DNA from: an uncultured Senegalimassilia sp.
GTDB taxonomy: Bacteria; Actinomycetota; Coriobacteriia; Coriobacteriales; Eggerthellaceae
NCBI RefSeq assembly: GCF_902464545.1
Contig: NZ_CABQJR010000011.1
Location: forward strand, 3,001 to 67,000
DNA: 64,000 nt
Direction of reading: 5' to 3'
Shown: one piece after another, positions 38,979 through 49,231 of the stretch
Layout of the letters: the number at the start of each line of letters is the position of its first letter
Numbering within the stretch: the first letter of the stretch is position 1
Translations under genes and position numbers: made by a program
The notes under the pieces: generated by a model
The model's input: only the letters and a program-made list of their open reading frames with translations
Database searches by the model: none
Told to the model about the DNA's origin: nothing

Positions 38979-40016
38979 GTGAAAGGATGGTGGGGAAGCG
39001 TGCTTTCGGATAGGCGTCAAAAAGTGCTCGCAGCGCTCATTGAGGAATACGTCGCGCGCGCTCTGCCGGTAGGTTCGCGCACGCTTACCGAACGTTATCA
39101 GCTCGGCGTAAGCCCTGCGACCGTGCGCAACGAGCTTTCGGTTCTCGAGGACGGGGGCTATATTGCCCAGCCCCACACCTCTGCGGGCAGGATTCCCACT
39201 GATCAAGGCTACCGCGCCTTCGTCGACGACCTGCTCTCCCAGGAAGGCGGCGAACAAGAGGACGAGCGTTGCCAAGAAGCGGCTGACAAGCTCAGGCAAA
39301 GCGCTTCGGAACTTGATGACCTGGTCGAGCAGACCTCCGAAGCCCTAACGCGCCTTACCGACTGCCTGTCCATCGTGCTCGCCCCGTCGGTGCTCGATCT
39401 GCACATCAAGCAGCTTTCGCTTATCTCTCTAACGCCCACCAACGCGCTTGTCGTTGTGGTCACCGAAGACGGCCAAGTGTTTAACCGCCATATGGATTTT
39501 GCCGAAGAGGTGTCCAGCGACGAGCTGGCCCGCGTGCAACATCTGCTCAACGAGGTGTTCGGTGGCAACACGCTTCACGATATCGAACACGGCTTGGGCC
39601 GGGGCATGTCGGAGGCGTTTGCCGACCCGCTCGTGCGCATGACGCTCGACGAGGTTCTCTCATGCCTGCGGGAGGGCGAGGGATCGCGTGCCCACAGCCT
39701 TGGGTTCAGCTCGCTTTTGTCTCAGCCCGAGTTCAGCCAATCGCAGGCGGTGCTTCCCGTCATGCAGGTGCTCGAGGATGATACGGTGCTGCTGCACATC
39801 CTTGACGACACGGCATGCCAAACCGACGGCAGGCCCACGGTGCGCATCGGCTCGGAGAACCAGGCCTCCGAGCTGTCCGGCGTATCGGTTGTGGCCAGCC
39901 GCTACGGTCGCGGCGATTCCGCCGGTGTGGTGGCGGTCATCGGCCCTACGCGCATGGACTATTCGAAGGTATTACGCGCGGTCCGCATCGCGGGCACCGC
40001 GCTCGGTGATTTGTAG
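38979..40016 (+). CDS. hrcA: heat-inducible transcription repressor HrcA
   Basis: 345 aa. GTG 38979, or in-frame GTG 39000 ([17 protein letters not shown]...), which fits typical HrcA N-termini better. Confidence 0.9.
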   Translation: MKGWWGSVLSDRRQKVLAALIEEYVARALPVGSRTLTERYQLGVSPATVRNELSVLEDGGYIAQPHTSAGRIPTDQGYRAFVDDLLSQEGGEQEDERCQEAADKLRQSASELDDLVEQTSEALTRLTDCLSIVLAPSVLDLHIKQLSLISLTPTNALVVVVTEDGQVFNRHMDFAEEVSSDELARVQHLLNEVFGGNTLHDIEHGLGRGMSEAFADPLVRMTLDEVLSCLREGEGSRAHSLGFSSLLSQPEFSQSQAVLPVMQVLEDDTVLLHILDDTACQTDGRPTVRIGSENQASELSGVSVVASRYGRGDSAGVVAVIGPTRMDYSKVLRAVRIAGTALGDL

Positions 40017-40066
40017 GAACCTGGCGGGGTGCCCTGCTGGGAAATGGAAAGGTGGATACGGCCAAC

Positions 40067-41188
40067 ATGGCGAAGGACTTGTACGAAGTTCTCGGCGTCT
40101 CCCGTGATGCCACGGAGGCGGATATCAAGAAGGCGTTTCGCCGCAAGGCGCGCGAGCTGCATCCTGATGTGAACAAGGCCCCCGATGCCGAGGACCAGTT
40201 CAAAGAGCTCAACGAAGCCTACGACGTGCTCAGCGATGCGAACAAGCGCGCGCAGTACGACCGGTTCGGCACCGTTTCCGGCGCGGCTGGCGGCGGTAGC
40301 GGCTATGTCGACTTCGACGACCTGTTCGGCGGTGGGTTCGGCGATATCTTCAGCAGTTTCTTCGGCGGCGGTGGCGCTGGCGGTGCCCGTCAGCAGCGCA
40401 CCGATGGGCGCGATATGGGCGTCGGCCTGCGTTTGACGCTCGAGGAAGTGGCAACCGGTGCCAAGAAGGAGATCGTCTACGATCGCTTGGCTCCGTGCGC
40501 TGATTGCGACGGTACGGGCATGGCCGAAGGTGGCAAGCAGGTCACCTGCCCCGAATGTGGCGGCAAAGGCCGTGTGGTTACCGTGCAGCATACGTTCTTG
40601 GGCGATATGCAGACGGCAACCACCTGCAGCAAATGCAACGGCACCGGTCAAACCATCGACAATCCGTGCCCCGAATGCGGCGGTCAAGGGCGCGTGCCCG
40701 ATCGTCAGCGTGTCACCGTGGAGGTTCCCGTCGGCATTCGCGATTCTCAGCAGCTGCGCCTTACCGGTTTCGGCGAGGCGGGTTTGCGCGGGGCGGCCTC
40801 CGGCGACCTTATCGTCACGTGCCGCATTCAGCCGCATGAGTTCTTCGAGCGCGATGGCGATGACCTGCATTGTCGCGCCAACGTGTCCATCGTCCAGGCA
40901 ACGCTCGGGTCCGAAATCGAGGTCGACGGCATCTTCGAAGACGAGAAGGTCAAGGTCCGTATCCCCGAAGGACTGCAGAACGATCAAATCGTGCGCGTGA
41001 AGGGCTTCGGCATGCCGCGTTTCCGAAGCGAGGCACGTGGTGATATGTACGTCCACGTTACCGTCGCGGTGCCGAAGAAGGTCACTAAGAAGCAGCGAGA
41101 GCTTCTCGAGCAGCTCGCCCACGAAATGGGAGAGGACGTTGCCGAGGCCCGCACGCCGCTGCAGAAACTGCGCGACAAGTTCAATTAG
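40067..41188 (+). CDS. dnaJ: molecular chaperone DnaJ
   Basis: [11 protein letters not shown]..., HPD motif, G/F-rich region and four CxxCxGxG repeats ([32 protein letters not shown]). Confidence 0.95.
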   Translation: MAKDLYEVLGVSRDATEADIKKAFRRKARELHPDVNKAPDAEDQFKELNEAYDVLSDANKRAQYDRFGTVSGAAGGGSGYVDFDDLFGGGFGDIFSSFFGGGGAGGARQQRTDGRDMGVGLRLTLEEVATGAKKEIVYDRLAPCADCDGTGMAEGGKQVTCPECGGKGRVVTVQHTFLGDMQTATTCSKCNGTGQTIDNPCPECGGQGRVPDRQRVTVEVPVGIRDSQQLRLTGFGEAGLRGAASGDLIVTCRIQPHEFFERDGDDLHCRANVSIVQATLGSEIEVDGIFEDEKVKVRIPEGLQNDQIVRVKGFGMPRFRSEARGDMYVHVTVAVPKKVTKKQRELLEQLAHEMGEDVAEARTPLQKLRDKFN

Positions 41189-41191
41189 TCC

Positions 41192-41222
41192 GCTTTCCCG
41201 CTCAGCGTTCGAGCGGGAAAGC
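41192..41222 (+). terminator. hairpin after dnaJ (no U tract)
   Basis: GCTTTCCCGCTC / GAGCGGGAAAGC, 12-bp perfect stem. Confidence 0.45.
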
Positions 41223-41231
41223 TCGTGCTCG

Positions 41232-41278
41232 ACGCTTTGCGCAATCGTGTATCGAACGGTTGCGCAAAGCGTTTTCGT
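41232..41278 (+). terminator. second hairpin with T-rich tail after dnaJ
   Basis: ACGCTTTGCGCAA / TTGCGCAAAGCGT (13 bp, 15-nt loop) followed by TTTCGTT. Confidence 0.55.
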
Positions 41279-41425
41279 TCCGGTTCGCGTTTCGTTCAAC
41301 CATTCAACCGTCGGCAACTTTCGAGTGCTGGCCGTTGCGCTGCCCGTCATGCAGGGTTTCGGACAACCGGACCGGAAGTGCTCGCATTCGTTCAATAAGC
41401 CCTATGCTCGCAGATAAGGATTCCC

Positions 41426-42223
41426 GTGTCGCTTCCTCAGTTTTTCCTCGATGAACAGGTTTTGGCCGATGAGGTCCAGGAACAGTTCCCGTTGGCGCTT
41501 TCGCGCGATGATGCGAAGCATGCCAAGGTATTGCGCCTTGACCCCGGAGAGCATATCGCCGTGGTGGATGCGGCGCAGGACTATTTCGAATGCGAGATCA
41601 TGTCTTTTGATGGCGCTTTGCCTATCGTCGCCATCTCGGGCCATCTTGATGGCAAGCCGATCGCCGCGCATGTTTGCCTAGTGCAGGGCCTTGCCAAGGG
41701 CGACAAAATGGAAACAGTCCTCCGCCATGCCACCGAGCTGGGCGTGTCCGAGTTCATTCCCTTCGCTGCCTCAAGAAGCATTATGAAGGTCGATGCAAAG
41801 AAAGCGGCGTCCAAAACCGAGCGATGGCAAGCTATCGCGAAAAGCGCCGCCATGCAATCAGGGCAAACCCACCTTGCTCATGTGCATCATCCCATGAAGC
41901 TTGCTCAGCTGAAAGAGGTGCTTGCAGCCTTCGACGCCGTCGTCGTGTGCTGGGAGGAAGCGCCCGGCACCGCACTGCTGCGCAATGCTCTTCGTCCGGC
42001 TGTTCTCAACGCATCAGAAGGTCATCTTGCGCGGATCGCGGTTGTGGTGGGCCCTGAAGGCGGCCTTGCCCAAGAAGAGGTTGACGCAATCCTTGCAAGC
42101 AACGCAAACGCGAGCATGGTTTCGCTCGGGTCCTCGATCTTGCGCACCGAAACCGCCGGTATCGTGGCGCCTGCTTTGGTGCTGTATGAAATGGGCGGCA
42201 TGGGGGCAGGTGAGCGCGCATGA
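41426..42223 (+). CDS. rsmE: 16S rRNA (uracil1498-N3)-methyltransferase RsmE
   Basis: 265 aa, GTG start behind AAGGA. C-terminal SPOUT motif SLGSSILRTETA. Confidence 0.88.
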   Translation: MSLPQFFLDEQVLADEVQEQFPLALSRDDAKHAKVLRLDPGEHIAVVDAAQDYFECEIMSFDGALPIVAISGHLDGKPIAAHVCLVQGLAKGDKMETVLRHATELGVSEFIPFAASRSIMKVDAKKAASKTERWQAIAKSAAMQSGQTHLAHVHHPMKLAQLKEVLAAFDAVVVCWEEAPGTALLRNALRPAVLNASEGHLARIAVVVGPEGGLAQEEVDAILASNANASMVSLGSSILRTETAGIVAPALVLYEMGGMGAGERA

Positions 42224-43443
42224 ACTTCGCCATCGTCAATCTCGGGTGCAAGGTGAATCGTGTGGAATCCGATTCGTTCGCCTCCGGTCTGCTTGCGCGC
42301 GGCGGTTTGGAAACTGGCCCCGATGCCGCCGATGTGGTGGTTGTCAATACGTGCACCGTCACCGGGGAGGCGGAGAAGAAAACGCGAAAGGCCGTCAGGC
42401 AGGTTTTGCGCGCCAACGCCAACTCGGATGTGGTGGTCACGGGTTGCGCCGCCGCCATCGATGCCGATGCATTCACGTCCATGGACCCCGCACGCGTGCA
42501 CATCGCGGGAAAGTTGCAAGTCGATGACGTGCTCGACTGCCTCGTCGGCCCTATCGGCCACGGGGTTATGCCGCTTGCGGTTGGCGAGGGCTTTAGAACG
42601 CGCGTCGGTGTGAAGGTGCAAGACGGATGCAACAACGCATGCACGTATTGCATCGTGCACGTTGCTCGTGGTCGAGCTTCCAGCCGCCCTGCTCAGGCGA
42701 TCATCTCCGAGTGCGTCGCCCTTGCGCGCGAAGGCGTTCGGGAGATCGTGCTCACCGGCATCAATTTGGGTTCTTGGCACGAGCAGGGCGAAAACGGCAG
42801 GGAACGCCTTGACGTGCTGCTTGAGCGCTTGCTTGCCGAAACTGCCGATATTCACGAGGTTGGCGAGCCCCCTTGCCGGTTCCGTATCTCCAGCATCGAG
42901 CCCCGCGATGTCTCTGATGAGCTGATCGACTTGATGGCCCGGTCGGAAGGGCGTATTTGCCGTCATCTGCACCTGCCATTGCAGTCGGGCAACTCGAAGG
43001 TGCTGCGAGAAATGCATCGTCCTTACAGCGCCGAGTACTTCGAAGAGCTTGTCGAAAAGCTGTATGCCGCTATGCCCATGCTCTCGCTTTCCACCGACAT
43101 CATCTGCGGATTCCCGGGCGAAACCGACCAGGAGTTCAACGATACCGTGGAGCTGGCTAAACGATGCAGGTTCACGAAGATTCACGTGTTCCCATACTCT
43201 AAGCGCCAGGGAACCCCTGCCGCCGAACGCGTCGACCAGGTGGAGCCTGCGGTACGTACGGCGCGTGCGAAGCGTTTGCGCGAGGTCGCCGACGCCCTTC
43301 GCGCCCAGCAGCTGTCGGGTCGTGCCGGAACGACGGAGCTCGCATTGGTGGAGGAGGCCGGGCAGGCGATGACCGAAAGCTATTTCGAGGTGCCGGCTCC
43401 CCAAAACGCTTGCATCGGGCAATTGGTTGCCGTCAGCCTGTAG
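42220..43443 (+). CDS. mtaB: tRNA (t6A37) methylthiotransferase MtaB (radical SAM)
   Basis: N-terminus NLGCKVNRVES, radical-SAM CNNACTYC. ATGA overlap with rsmE. Confidence 0.88.
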   Translation: MNFAIVNLGCKVNRVESDSFASGLLARGGLETGPDAADVVVVNTCTVTGEAEKKTRKAVRQVLRANANSDVVVTGCAAAIDADAFTSMDPARVHIAGKLQVDDVLDCLVGPIGHGVMPLAVGEGFRTRVGVKVQDGCNNACTYCIVHVARGRASSRPAQAIISECVALAREGVREIVLTGINLGSWHEQGENGRERLDVLLERLLAETADIHEVGEPPCRFRISSIEPRDVSDELIDLMARSEGRICRHLHLPLQSGNSKVLREMHRPYSAEYFEELVEKLYAAMPMLSLSTDIICGFPGETDQEFNDTVELAKRCRFTKIHVFPYSKRQGTPAAERVDQVEPAVRTARAKRLREVADALRAQQLSGRAGTTELALVEEAGQAMTESYFEVPAPQNACIGQLVAVSL

Positions 43444-43512
43444 CTTGTGCGCTACATGTGCGCCCTTCGCGTGCGCGAGGCAACCGCGAACGGGCGTGCT
43501 ATACTTGCTGGC

Positions 43513-44508
43513 ATGACAGATTCAACGGATATCACGCTCACCGCGCCGCCAACCGTGAACATGGCGCTTGTGGTGGGAGCTGGCGATTGCCTGCTCCATT
43601 TAATCGAAGAGGCGTTCGATGCGCGTATCACGGTACGCGGCGATTCGGTTGTGCTCGAAGGTGATCCAGTCGAGGTGCAATCCCTCATGGCGCTCTTCTC
43701 CGAGCTTTTCAAATTCGTTGAAGGCGGTGGAACCCCTGATCATGGGTTCATCCAGCGCGCGCTCGATCTTCTGCGCACGGCCGAGTTCACCCCGTCTATG
43801 CTTCGCGAGGACATCCTGCTCACGTATCGTGGGCGTGCGATCAGGCCGAAAACCGCCGGGCAGAAGCATTATGTGGACGCCATACGTAAAAACACCATCA
43901 CCTTCGGCATTGGGCCGGCGGGCACCGGTAAAACCTACCTTGCCATGGCTATGGCCGTTGCCGCGCTCAAGCGCAAGGAAGTTGGACGCATCATCCTCAC
44001 GCGTCCCGTTGTCGAGGCGGGGGAGAACCTGGGTTTTCTTCCCGGTTCCTTGAACGAGAAGGTGGATCCCTACATCCGCCCGCTCTACGACGCCTTGTTC
44101 GACATGACCGATATGGAGCGCGCGCAGCAGTTCATCGAGAGTAACGTCATCGAGATCGCACCTTTGGCTTTCATGCGCGGGCGAACGCTCAACGACAGCT
44201 TCGTCATCCTGGACGAAGCGCAGAACACCACGCCCGAGCAGATGAAAATGTTTCTCACGCGCCTTGGGTTCGGGTCGAAGATGGTCATCACCGGCGATAT
44301 CACCCAGCTCGACTTGCCGCGCGGCGTTTCGGGCTTGAAGGGAATTGAAGATATCCTCGGCGGCATCGAGGGCGTGTCGTTTTGCAGATTCTCGGGTAAG
44401 GATGTGGTTCGCCACTCGCTGGTGGCGGCCATCGTTTCGGCGTATGACCGCACACAGGCCAACGCCATGCAGAAGAAGGGCAGCAATGGACGTTCAAATC
44501 AACTATGA
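43513..44508 (+). CDS. phoH: PhoH-family ATPase
   Basis: Frame of ORF 43447-44508, ATG 43513. Walker A GPAGTGKTYLA. Confidence 0.9.
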   Translation: MTDSTDITLTAPPTVNMALVVGAGDCLLHLIEEAFDARITVRGDSVVLEGDPVEVQSLMALFSELFKFVEGGGTPDHGFIQRALDLLRTAEFTPSMLREDILLTYRGRAIRPKTAGQKHYVDAIRKNTITFGIGPAGTGKTYLAMAMAVAALKRKEVGRIILTRPVVEAGENLGFLPGSLNEKVDPYIRPLYDALFDMTDMERAQQFIESNVIEIAPLAFMRGRTLNDSFVILDEAQNTTPEQMKMFLTRLGFGSKMVITGDITQLDLPRGVSGLKGIEDILGGIEGVSFCRFSGKDVVRHSLVAAIVSAYDRTQANAMQKKGSNGRSNQL

Positions 44509-44950
44509 TTACCGCGGCGATGACCTGAAGGACATGCCGCTTGTCGAACTCGCTCAGTTCGTGCTCGATCATCAGGAGAAGCCCCAGAACACCGAGGTGT
44601 CCTTGAGCTTTGTGACCGACGAGGAGATCGCCCGCCTCAACGAGCAGTATCGCGGAAAGGAAGGACCCACCGATGTCCTGTCCTTCGAATGCGACGGCGT
44701 TGAGGATGAGCTTTCCGATATGGTTCCCGCAGGCTTCGGTGATGTCTACGAACTGGGAGACGTCGTCATCGCGCCGGATGTGGCCGAGCGCCAAACCCAT
44801 GAGTTCGGCACCACATTCGAGCAGGAGGTCAGCCTGCTGTTCGTTCACGGTCTGCTGCATCTGTGCGGTTACGATCACATCGTCGAGGAGGACGCCAAGG
44901 TCATGGAGGCCTTAGAGGATGAGATCTTGGCCGCCTGGAATGCGCGATAA
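44486..44950 (+). CDS. ybeY: rRNA maturation endoribonuclease YbeY
   Basis: Frame of ORF 44345-44950, ATG 44486 (MDVQINYDY...). Zinc motif HGLLHLCGYDH. Confidence 0.92.
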   Translation: MDVQINYDYRGDDLKDMPLVELAQFVLDHQEKPQNTEVSLSFVTDEEIARLNEQYRGKEGPTDVLSFECDGVEDELSDMVPAGFGDVYELGDVVIAPDVAERQTHEFGTTFEQEVSLLFVHGLLHLCGYDHIVEEDAKVMEALEDEILAAWNAR

Positions 44951-44955
44951 CGGCC

Positions 44956-45384
44956 ATGGGCGAAACATCCTCCGACAACAAGGCATTCATCCGTTCCGCC
45001 CAAACGAAGGAAAAGGGGCAGCGCTATAAGCTCACTTCCGCCTTCGCCAACGCCGGGCGCGGCCTTTTCGACGCGGTTCGCAGCGAACGTAACCTGCGCA
45101 TCGACGTATGCATGGCCGTGGTTGCGATAGCGCTCGGCTTCGCGTTGCGCATTGATACCTCTTCATGGCTTGCCGTTATCATATGCGTCGGCATGATGTT
45201 CGCGCTTGAAACGGTTAACACGGCCATTGAGGCCGTGGTCGACCTTGCAAGCCCCGGGTACCATGAACTGGCTCGCCGGGCGAAGGACTGCGCGGCGGGT
45301 GCTGCGCTTGCAGGTGCCTTTGCCTCCCTTGTGGTCGGCTGCATCGTCTTCATCCCACCCTTGCTCGCCCTCATGGCATCGTAA
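44956..45384 (+). CDS. dgkA: diacylglycerol/undecaprenol kinase (DgkA family)
   Basis: 142 aa, three TM helices, motif ETVNTAIEAVVD. Confidence 0.85.
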   Translation: MGETSSDNKAFIRSAQTKEKGQRYKLTSAFANAGRGLFDAVRSERNLRIDVCMAVVAIALGFALRIDTSSWLAVIICVGMMFALETVNTAIEAVVDLASPGYHELARRAKDCAAGAALAGAFASLVVGCIVFIPPLLALMAS

Positions 45385-45409
45385 ACAACCTTTTGAACCT
45401 AGGAGTCTT

Positions 45410-46360
45410 ATGGACCTCGACGCATATTTCGGACATGCCGCGCCCCCTTCGGGCGAAGGCTTCAAATCCGGTTTCGTAACGTTGATCGGCCGCCCCAATG
45501 CGGGAAAATCCACCCTGCTCAACACCATCATGGGCAAGAAAATCGCCATCACCTCGAACACCGCCCAGACCACGCGTCATCGCTTCCGCGCGGTCTACAC
45601 GCGTGACGACATGCAGATGATCATCGTGGACACCCCGGGCTTGCACAAACCCCACGATGCGCTTGGCGAGGAACTCAACACCTCGGCGCTCAAGGCGCTC
45701 GAAGACGTCGACGTCATTGCCATGCTCATCGATGCCAGCAAGCCTGTCGGTCGTGGTGACGAGTGGGTTGCCGCTCAGCTTGACGGCCCGCATTGCAAAC
45801 ACGCGAAGAAGATCTGCGTCCTGTCCAAGGGCGACCTGGTCACCACTGAGCAAATGCACGAGCAGGCCGAGGCCGCCAAGAAGCTGGCGAACTGGGATGC
45901 CATGGTGGGGCTTTCCTCCGAATCCGGCTACAATGTGGACGCTTTCATCGAAGAGGTGCAGTGCTTCTTGCCCGAGGGGCCGGCATGGTTCCCCGCGGAT
46001 ATGGAAACCGACCAGCCCATCGAGGTCATCGTCGCTGAGTTCATCCGCGAGAAGATCTTGCGAACGTTCCGCGACGAGGTCCCTCATTCCATCGGCGTCA
46101 CCATCGAGCACATGGAGTATGAAAAGAAGAAGGACCTCAATCGTATCCTGGCCCGCATTTATGTGGAGCGCGATTCCCAGAAGGGCATCATCATCGGCAA
46201 GGGCGGTAGCGCCATCAAGCGCATCGGCCAGGAGGCCCGAGAAGATCTTGAGCAGCTGCTCGGCACGCGTGTGTACCTTGACCTTATGGTGAAGGTCAAG
46301 AAGAACTGGCGCCGCGATGCCACGCAAATCCGCCGATTCGGATATGGTGAGGGTTTATAG
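45410..46360 (+). CDS. era: GTPase Era
   Basis: Frame of ORF 45206-46360, ATG 45410 behind AGGAG. G1 motif GRPNAGKSTL and a KH domain at the C-terminus. Confidence 0.95.
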   Translation: MDLDAYFGHAAPPSGEGFKSGFVTLIGRPNAGKSTLLNTIMGKKIAITSNTAQTTRHRFRAVYTRDDMQMIIVDTPGLHKPHDALGEELNTSALKALEDVDVIAMLIDASKPVGRGDEWVAAQLDGPHCKHAKKICVLSKGDLVTTEQMHEQAEAAKKLANWDAMVGLSSESGYNVDAFIEEVQCFLPEGPAWFPADMETDQPIEVIVAEFIREKILRTFRDEVPHSIGVTIEHMEYEKKKDLNRILARIYVERDSQKGIIIGKGGSAIKRIGQEAREDLEQLLGTRVYLDLMVKVKKNWRRDATQIRRFGYGEGL

Positions 46361-46393
46361 CAGGTTGTTTTCAGGTTTATAAGATATTTTGCG

Positions 46394-46428
46394 ATTGAGG
46401 TGCCAAGTGGCACCTCAATCCTGTTTTT
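46394..46428 (+). terminator. rho-independent terminator after era
   Basis: ATTGAGGTGCC-aagt-GGCACCTCAAT followed by CCTGTTTTT. Confidence 0.8.
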
Positions 46429-46481
46429 CGGTACAATTTACGGGAATTCATACAGTAAGCACGCGCAAGGGAGTTTCAAGC

Positions 46482-48377
46482 ATGATCTGTCCTTCTTGCC
46501 ACACGGAAAATCGCGAAGGCGCGAAGTTCTGCGACGAGTGCGGGGCCAAGCTGCCTCGTGCCGCCTTCGAGCAGATCGAAGGCGCGGAACCTGCCCAAGC
46601 GTTGAGCATAATCGGTGACGAGGAACCCGCCGAAGACGAAGCCGTCCCCGATGTGTGCGGTGCTGACCTCGAAAGCGCTGAAGCAGCAGATGGCGGTCAG
46701 GATGGCGAAGACGTCGATTCCGAACCCGTTGTGCAGCTCGACGGCGCGTCCGCGTCAGACGATGACGCTGAAGATGCTGGTGATACTGCATACAGCAATG
46801 AAGAGGCAGTAGGAGAGGACGCCATCGATGCCGACAGCTCCGATATCGCCATGCAAGATGACCCTCAATCGCGGCAAGACGTAGCCGAAAGCACCCAGGA
46901 AGCCGAACAGGACGCGGCGAATGAGCTTGGTGAAAGCCACGGCGACGCCGATGATGTTGCGCATCAGCGCACGCACGTGCTCGATCTTCCTGATATCCGC
47001 AATCTTGCCTTCGAGTCCGAGAAAACCCAAACGCTCGGCCCTAAGCCTGCTTCGCCGGCGATCAAATCGGGCTGGGAACCTGACCTGTCCGGCTTCGACG
47101 AGTTCCTCGTGTATCCCGGATATGTGCCTCCTAAGGCCGCCTGGCATTCAGGCGACACCATGCAGATGCCGCGCATCACCGATGCCGATCTGTCGCAGCA
47201 GAAGGATTTCATCGCGCCCGACCCCAACAAGAAGAAGCGCGACCGCAAGAAGAAGAAAGCCGAGAAGGCCAAAGCTTGCGAGTCCCAGCAGCAAAGCATT
47301 GGGCACGTTAAGGAAGCGGAGCAACCTGCAGCCAAGCCTGAGAAGGAGCATCCTAAGCACGCTGAAAAGGAAACCAAGCCCGTCGTTTCCGAAACGAAGT
47401 CGAAAGACGACAAGAAGCCGGAATCGAAGAGCAAGCGGCTTCCCGGGTCGAAGATCGCCGCCATCGTGGCGCTGGTGGTGGTCCTGGCTGCAGGCGTAGC
47501 CGGAGGCGTTACGTATCAGATGGAGCTATGGGGCGGAAAGATCGTTCCCGACGTCACGGGCATGACGCAGGCCGACGCTACATATGTGTTGCAGAACAAG
47601 GGCTTTGCGGTTCGCTCCACAACCGTTCCCTCCGATTCCACTGAGGGCCTTGTCCTGCTCATGGATCCGGGCGCCGGCGCACGCCAGGAGGAGGGCGCCG
47701 AGGTCGTCATCCACGTGTCCACTTCTCGCATGGTTCCCAAGGTGGTTGGTTCCAGCAAGGACAGCGCATTGAAGGCCCTTTCGGACAACGGGTTCGAAAA
47801 CGTCGATGTGCAGCTTGAGCGCTCTGATGAGCCGGAGGGCACCGTCCTTTCCATCAGCCCGGAGGAGGGGGAGAAGGCGAAGGCCTCCACCGGCATCACG
47901 CTCAAGGTGGCGCAGGCTTATACCGTGCCCGACGTTTCGGGCATGAGCTATAACGAGGCAGTGCAGGCGATCAAGGACGCTGGGCTGTCTTCTACAGCGG
48001 TATATGTGTATAGCGAGACCGCAAGCGAAGGGGCCATCATGGGCGTCGAGCCCGCTGCAGGCTCGAAGGTCCCCTCCGACACGGTCGTCGTCGTCTCGCT
48101 TGCGAAGTCCCGCGCCAGCGAGCTGACTGCCGCCGCGCGCTCATACCTCTCCTCGACCACGCTTACCGCATCGGATGGGTCGTCGTTCACCGTATCCTCG
48201 GTCGACAACGTCTCTTATCAGGGCAACGACACGGTTGCCTTCACCGCATCGGGCAAGGCTTCCAAGTCGGTGACGGTTCTGGGGCAGACCATATCGGTCG
48301 CGGGGGATTCGAAACAGGTTTCGGGTACCGTTACCTTCGACTCCTCGAACAACGTCGCGTCGGTATCGTTTAAGTAA
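46482..48377 (+). CDS. zinc-ribbon / disordered linker / TM / triple-PASTA domain protein (no kinase or transpeptidase domain)
   Basis: Frame of ORF 46389-48377, ATG 46482 behind AAGGGAG. N-terminus MICPSCHTENREGAKFCDECG, then an acidic and Lys-rich region of about 330 aa, then TM IAAIVALVVVLAAGVAGGV. Three PASTA-like repeats follow (IVPDVTGM..., MVPKVVGS..., YTVPDVSGM...). Confidence 0.8.
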   Translation: MICPSCHTENREGAKFCDECGAKLPRAAFEQIEGAEPAQALSIIGDEEPAEDEAVPDVCGADLESAEAADGGQDGEDVDSEPVVQLDGASASDDDAEDAGDTAYSNEEAVGEDAIDADSSDIAMQDDPQSRQDVAESTQEAEQDAANELGESHGDADDVAHQRTHVLDLPDIRNLAFESEKTQTLGPKPASPAIKSGWEPDLSGFDEFLVYPGYVPPKAAWHSGDTMQMPRITDADLSQQKDFIAPDPNKKKRDRKKKKAEKAKACESQQQSIGHVKEAEQPAAKPEKEHPKHAEKETKPVVSETKSKDDKKPESKSKRLPGSKIAAIVALVVVLAAGVAGGVTYQMELWGGKIVPDVTGMTQADATYVLQNKGFAVRSTTVPSDSTEGLVLLMDPGAGARQEEGAEVVIHVSTSRMVPKVVGSSKDSALKALSDNGFENVDVQLERSDEPEGTVLSISPEEGEKAKASTGITLKVAQAYTVPDVSGMSYNEAVQAIKDAGLSSTAVYVYSETASEGAIMGVEPAAGSKVPSDTVVVVSLAKSRASELTAAARSYLSSTTLTASDGSSFTVSSVDNVSYQGNDTVAFTASGKASKSVTVLGQTISVAGDSKQVSGTVTFDSSNNVASVSFK

Positions 48378-48380
48378 CCC

Positions 48381-49157
48381 GTGGCGCAAAGCACCTACAA
48401 TGCCCATGTGCTCGTGCTGCGTAAGACCAAGTTGGGGGAGTCGGACCTCATCTTGTCCCTGCTTGCGCAGGATGGCTCGCAGATTCGGGCCGTTGCAAAA
48501 GGGGCTCGAAAACCTACCAGCCAGTTCAGCTCCCGGTTGGAGCTGTATTCGCAGGCGGATGTGCTCTTAGCGCAAGGGCGTTCGCTCGATATCGTCAAGG
48601 AAGCGCGTTTGGTCGCCGGCAATGCCGCGCTACGTGAAAGCATGGAGCTTGCCGCCTGCGCGGCTCCCATCGTCGAGCTGCTCGATCGCATCACGCAGCC
48701 TGGTCTCGAGGTCCCAAAGCTGTTCCCGCTCACGCAAACGGCCCTCGATGTGCTCGCCTCGGCAGATTCCGCGCACGGGCCTGCCATCTGCGCAGCTTGG
48801 TTGCTCAAGGCGTTCGCGTTTCTGGGCATCCGCCCTTCGCTGGATCGTTGCTGCGTTTGCGGCGAGCCTTTGGCCTGTGAAGTGGGGAATTCGGCCCATC
48901 GAACCATAGCGTTCTCGTGCGGCGAGGGCGGTGTGGTGTGCGATGCATGTCGCGTCTCCGACGTTGCCGGCCTTGCCCCGGAAACGCTTTCCTGGGCAAG
49001 CGCGCTGCTGGGGATGCGTTTTTCGGATATCGCTTCGATTCAGCTCGATCAGTCGTGCGTCTTCGATGTGCTTCGCTTATGCCAAACCTGGGCGCAGATG
49101 CACGCCTCCATTCGCTTGAAATCGCTCAACTTCCTATTCACCTGCGGATTGTTTTAG
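48381..49157 (+). CDS. recO: DNA repair protein RecO
   Basis: 258 aa. OB-fold N-terminus and zinc motif CCVCG...CDAC. Conserved position after era. Confidence 0.9.
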   Translation: MAQSTYNAHVLVLRKTKLGESDLILSLLAQDGSQIRAVAKGARKPTSQFSSRLELYSQADVLLAQGRSLDIVKEARLVAGNAALRESMELAACAAPIVELLDRITQPGLEVPKLFPLTQTALDVLASADSAHGPAICAAWLLKAFAFLGIRPSLDRCCVCGEPLACEVGNSAHRTIAFSCGEGGVVCDACRVSDVAGLAPETLSWASALLGMRFSDIASIQLDQSCVFDVLRLCQTWAQMHASIRLKSLNFLFTCGLF

Positions 49158-49231
49158 GTGCTTGTCCAAATAGGGGCCGGTCCGTCTGCCGCTATGGCAT
49201 ACTTTCACCATCCAAGAGAGAGGAAACATAT

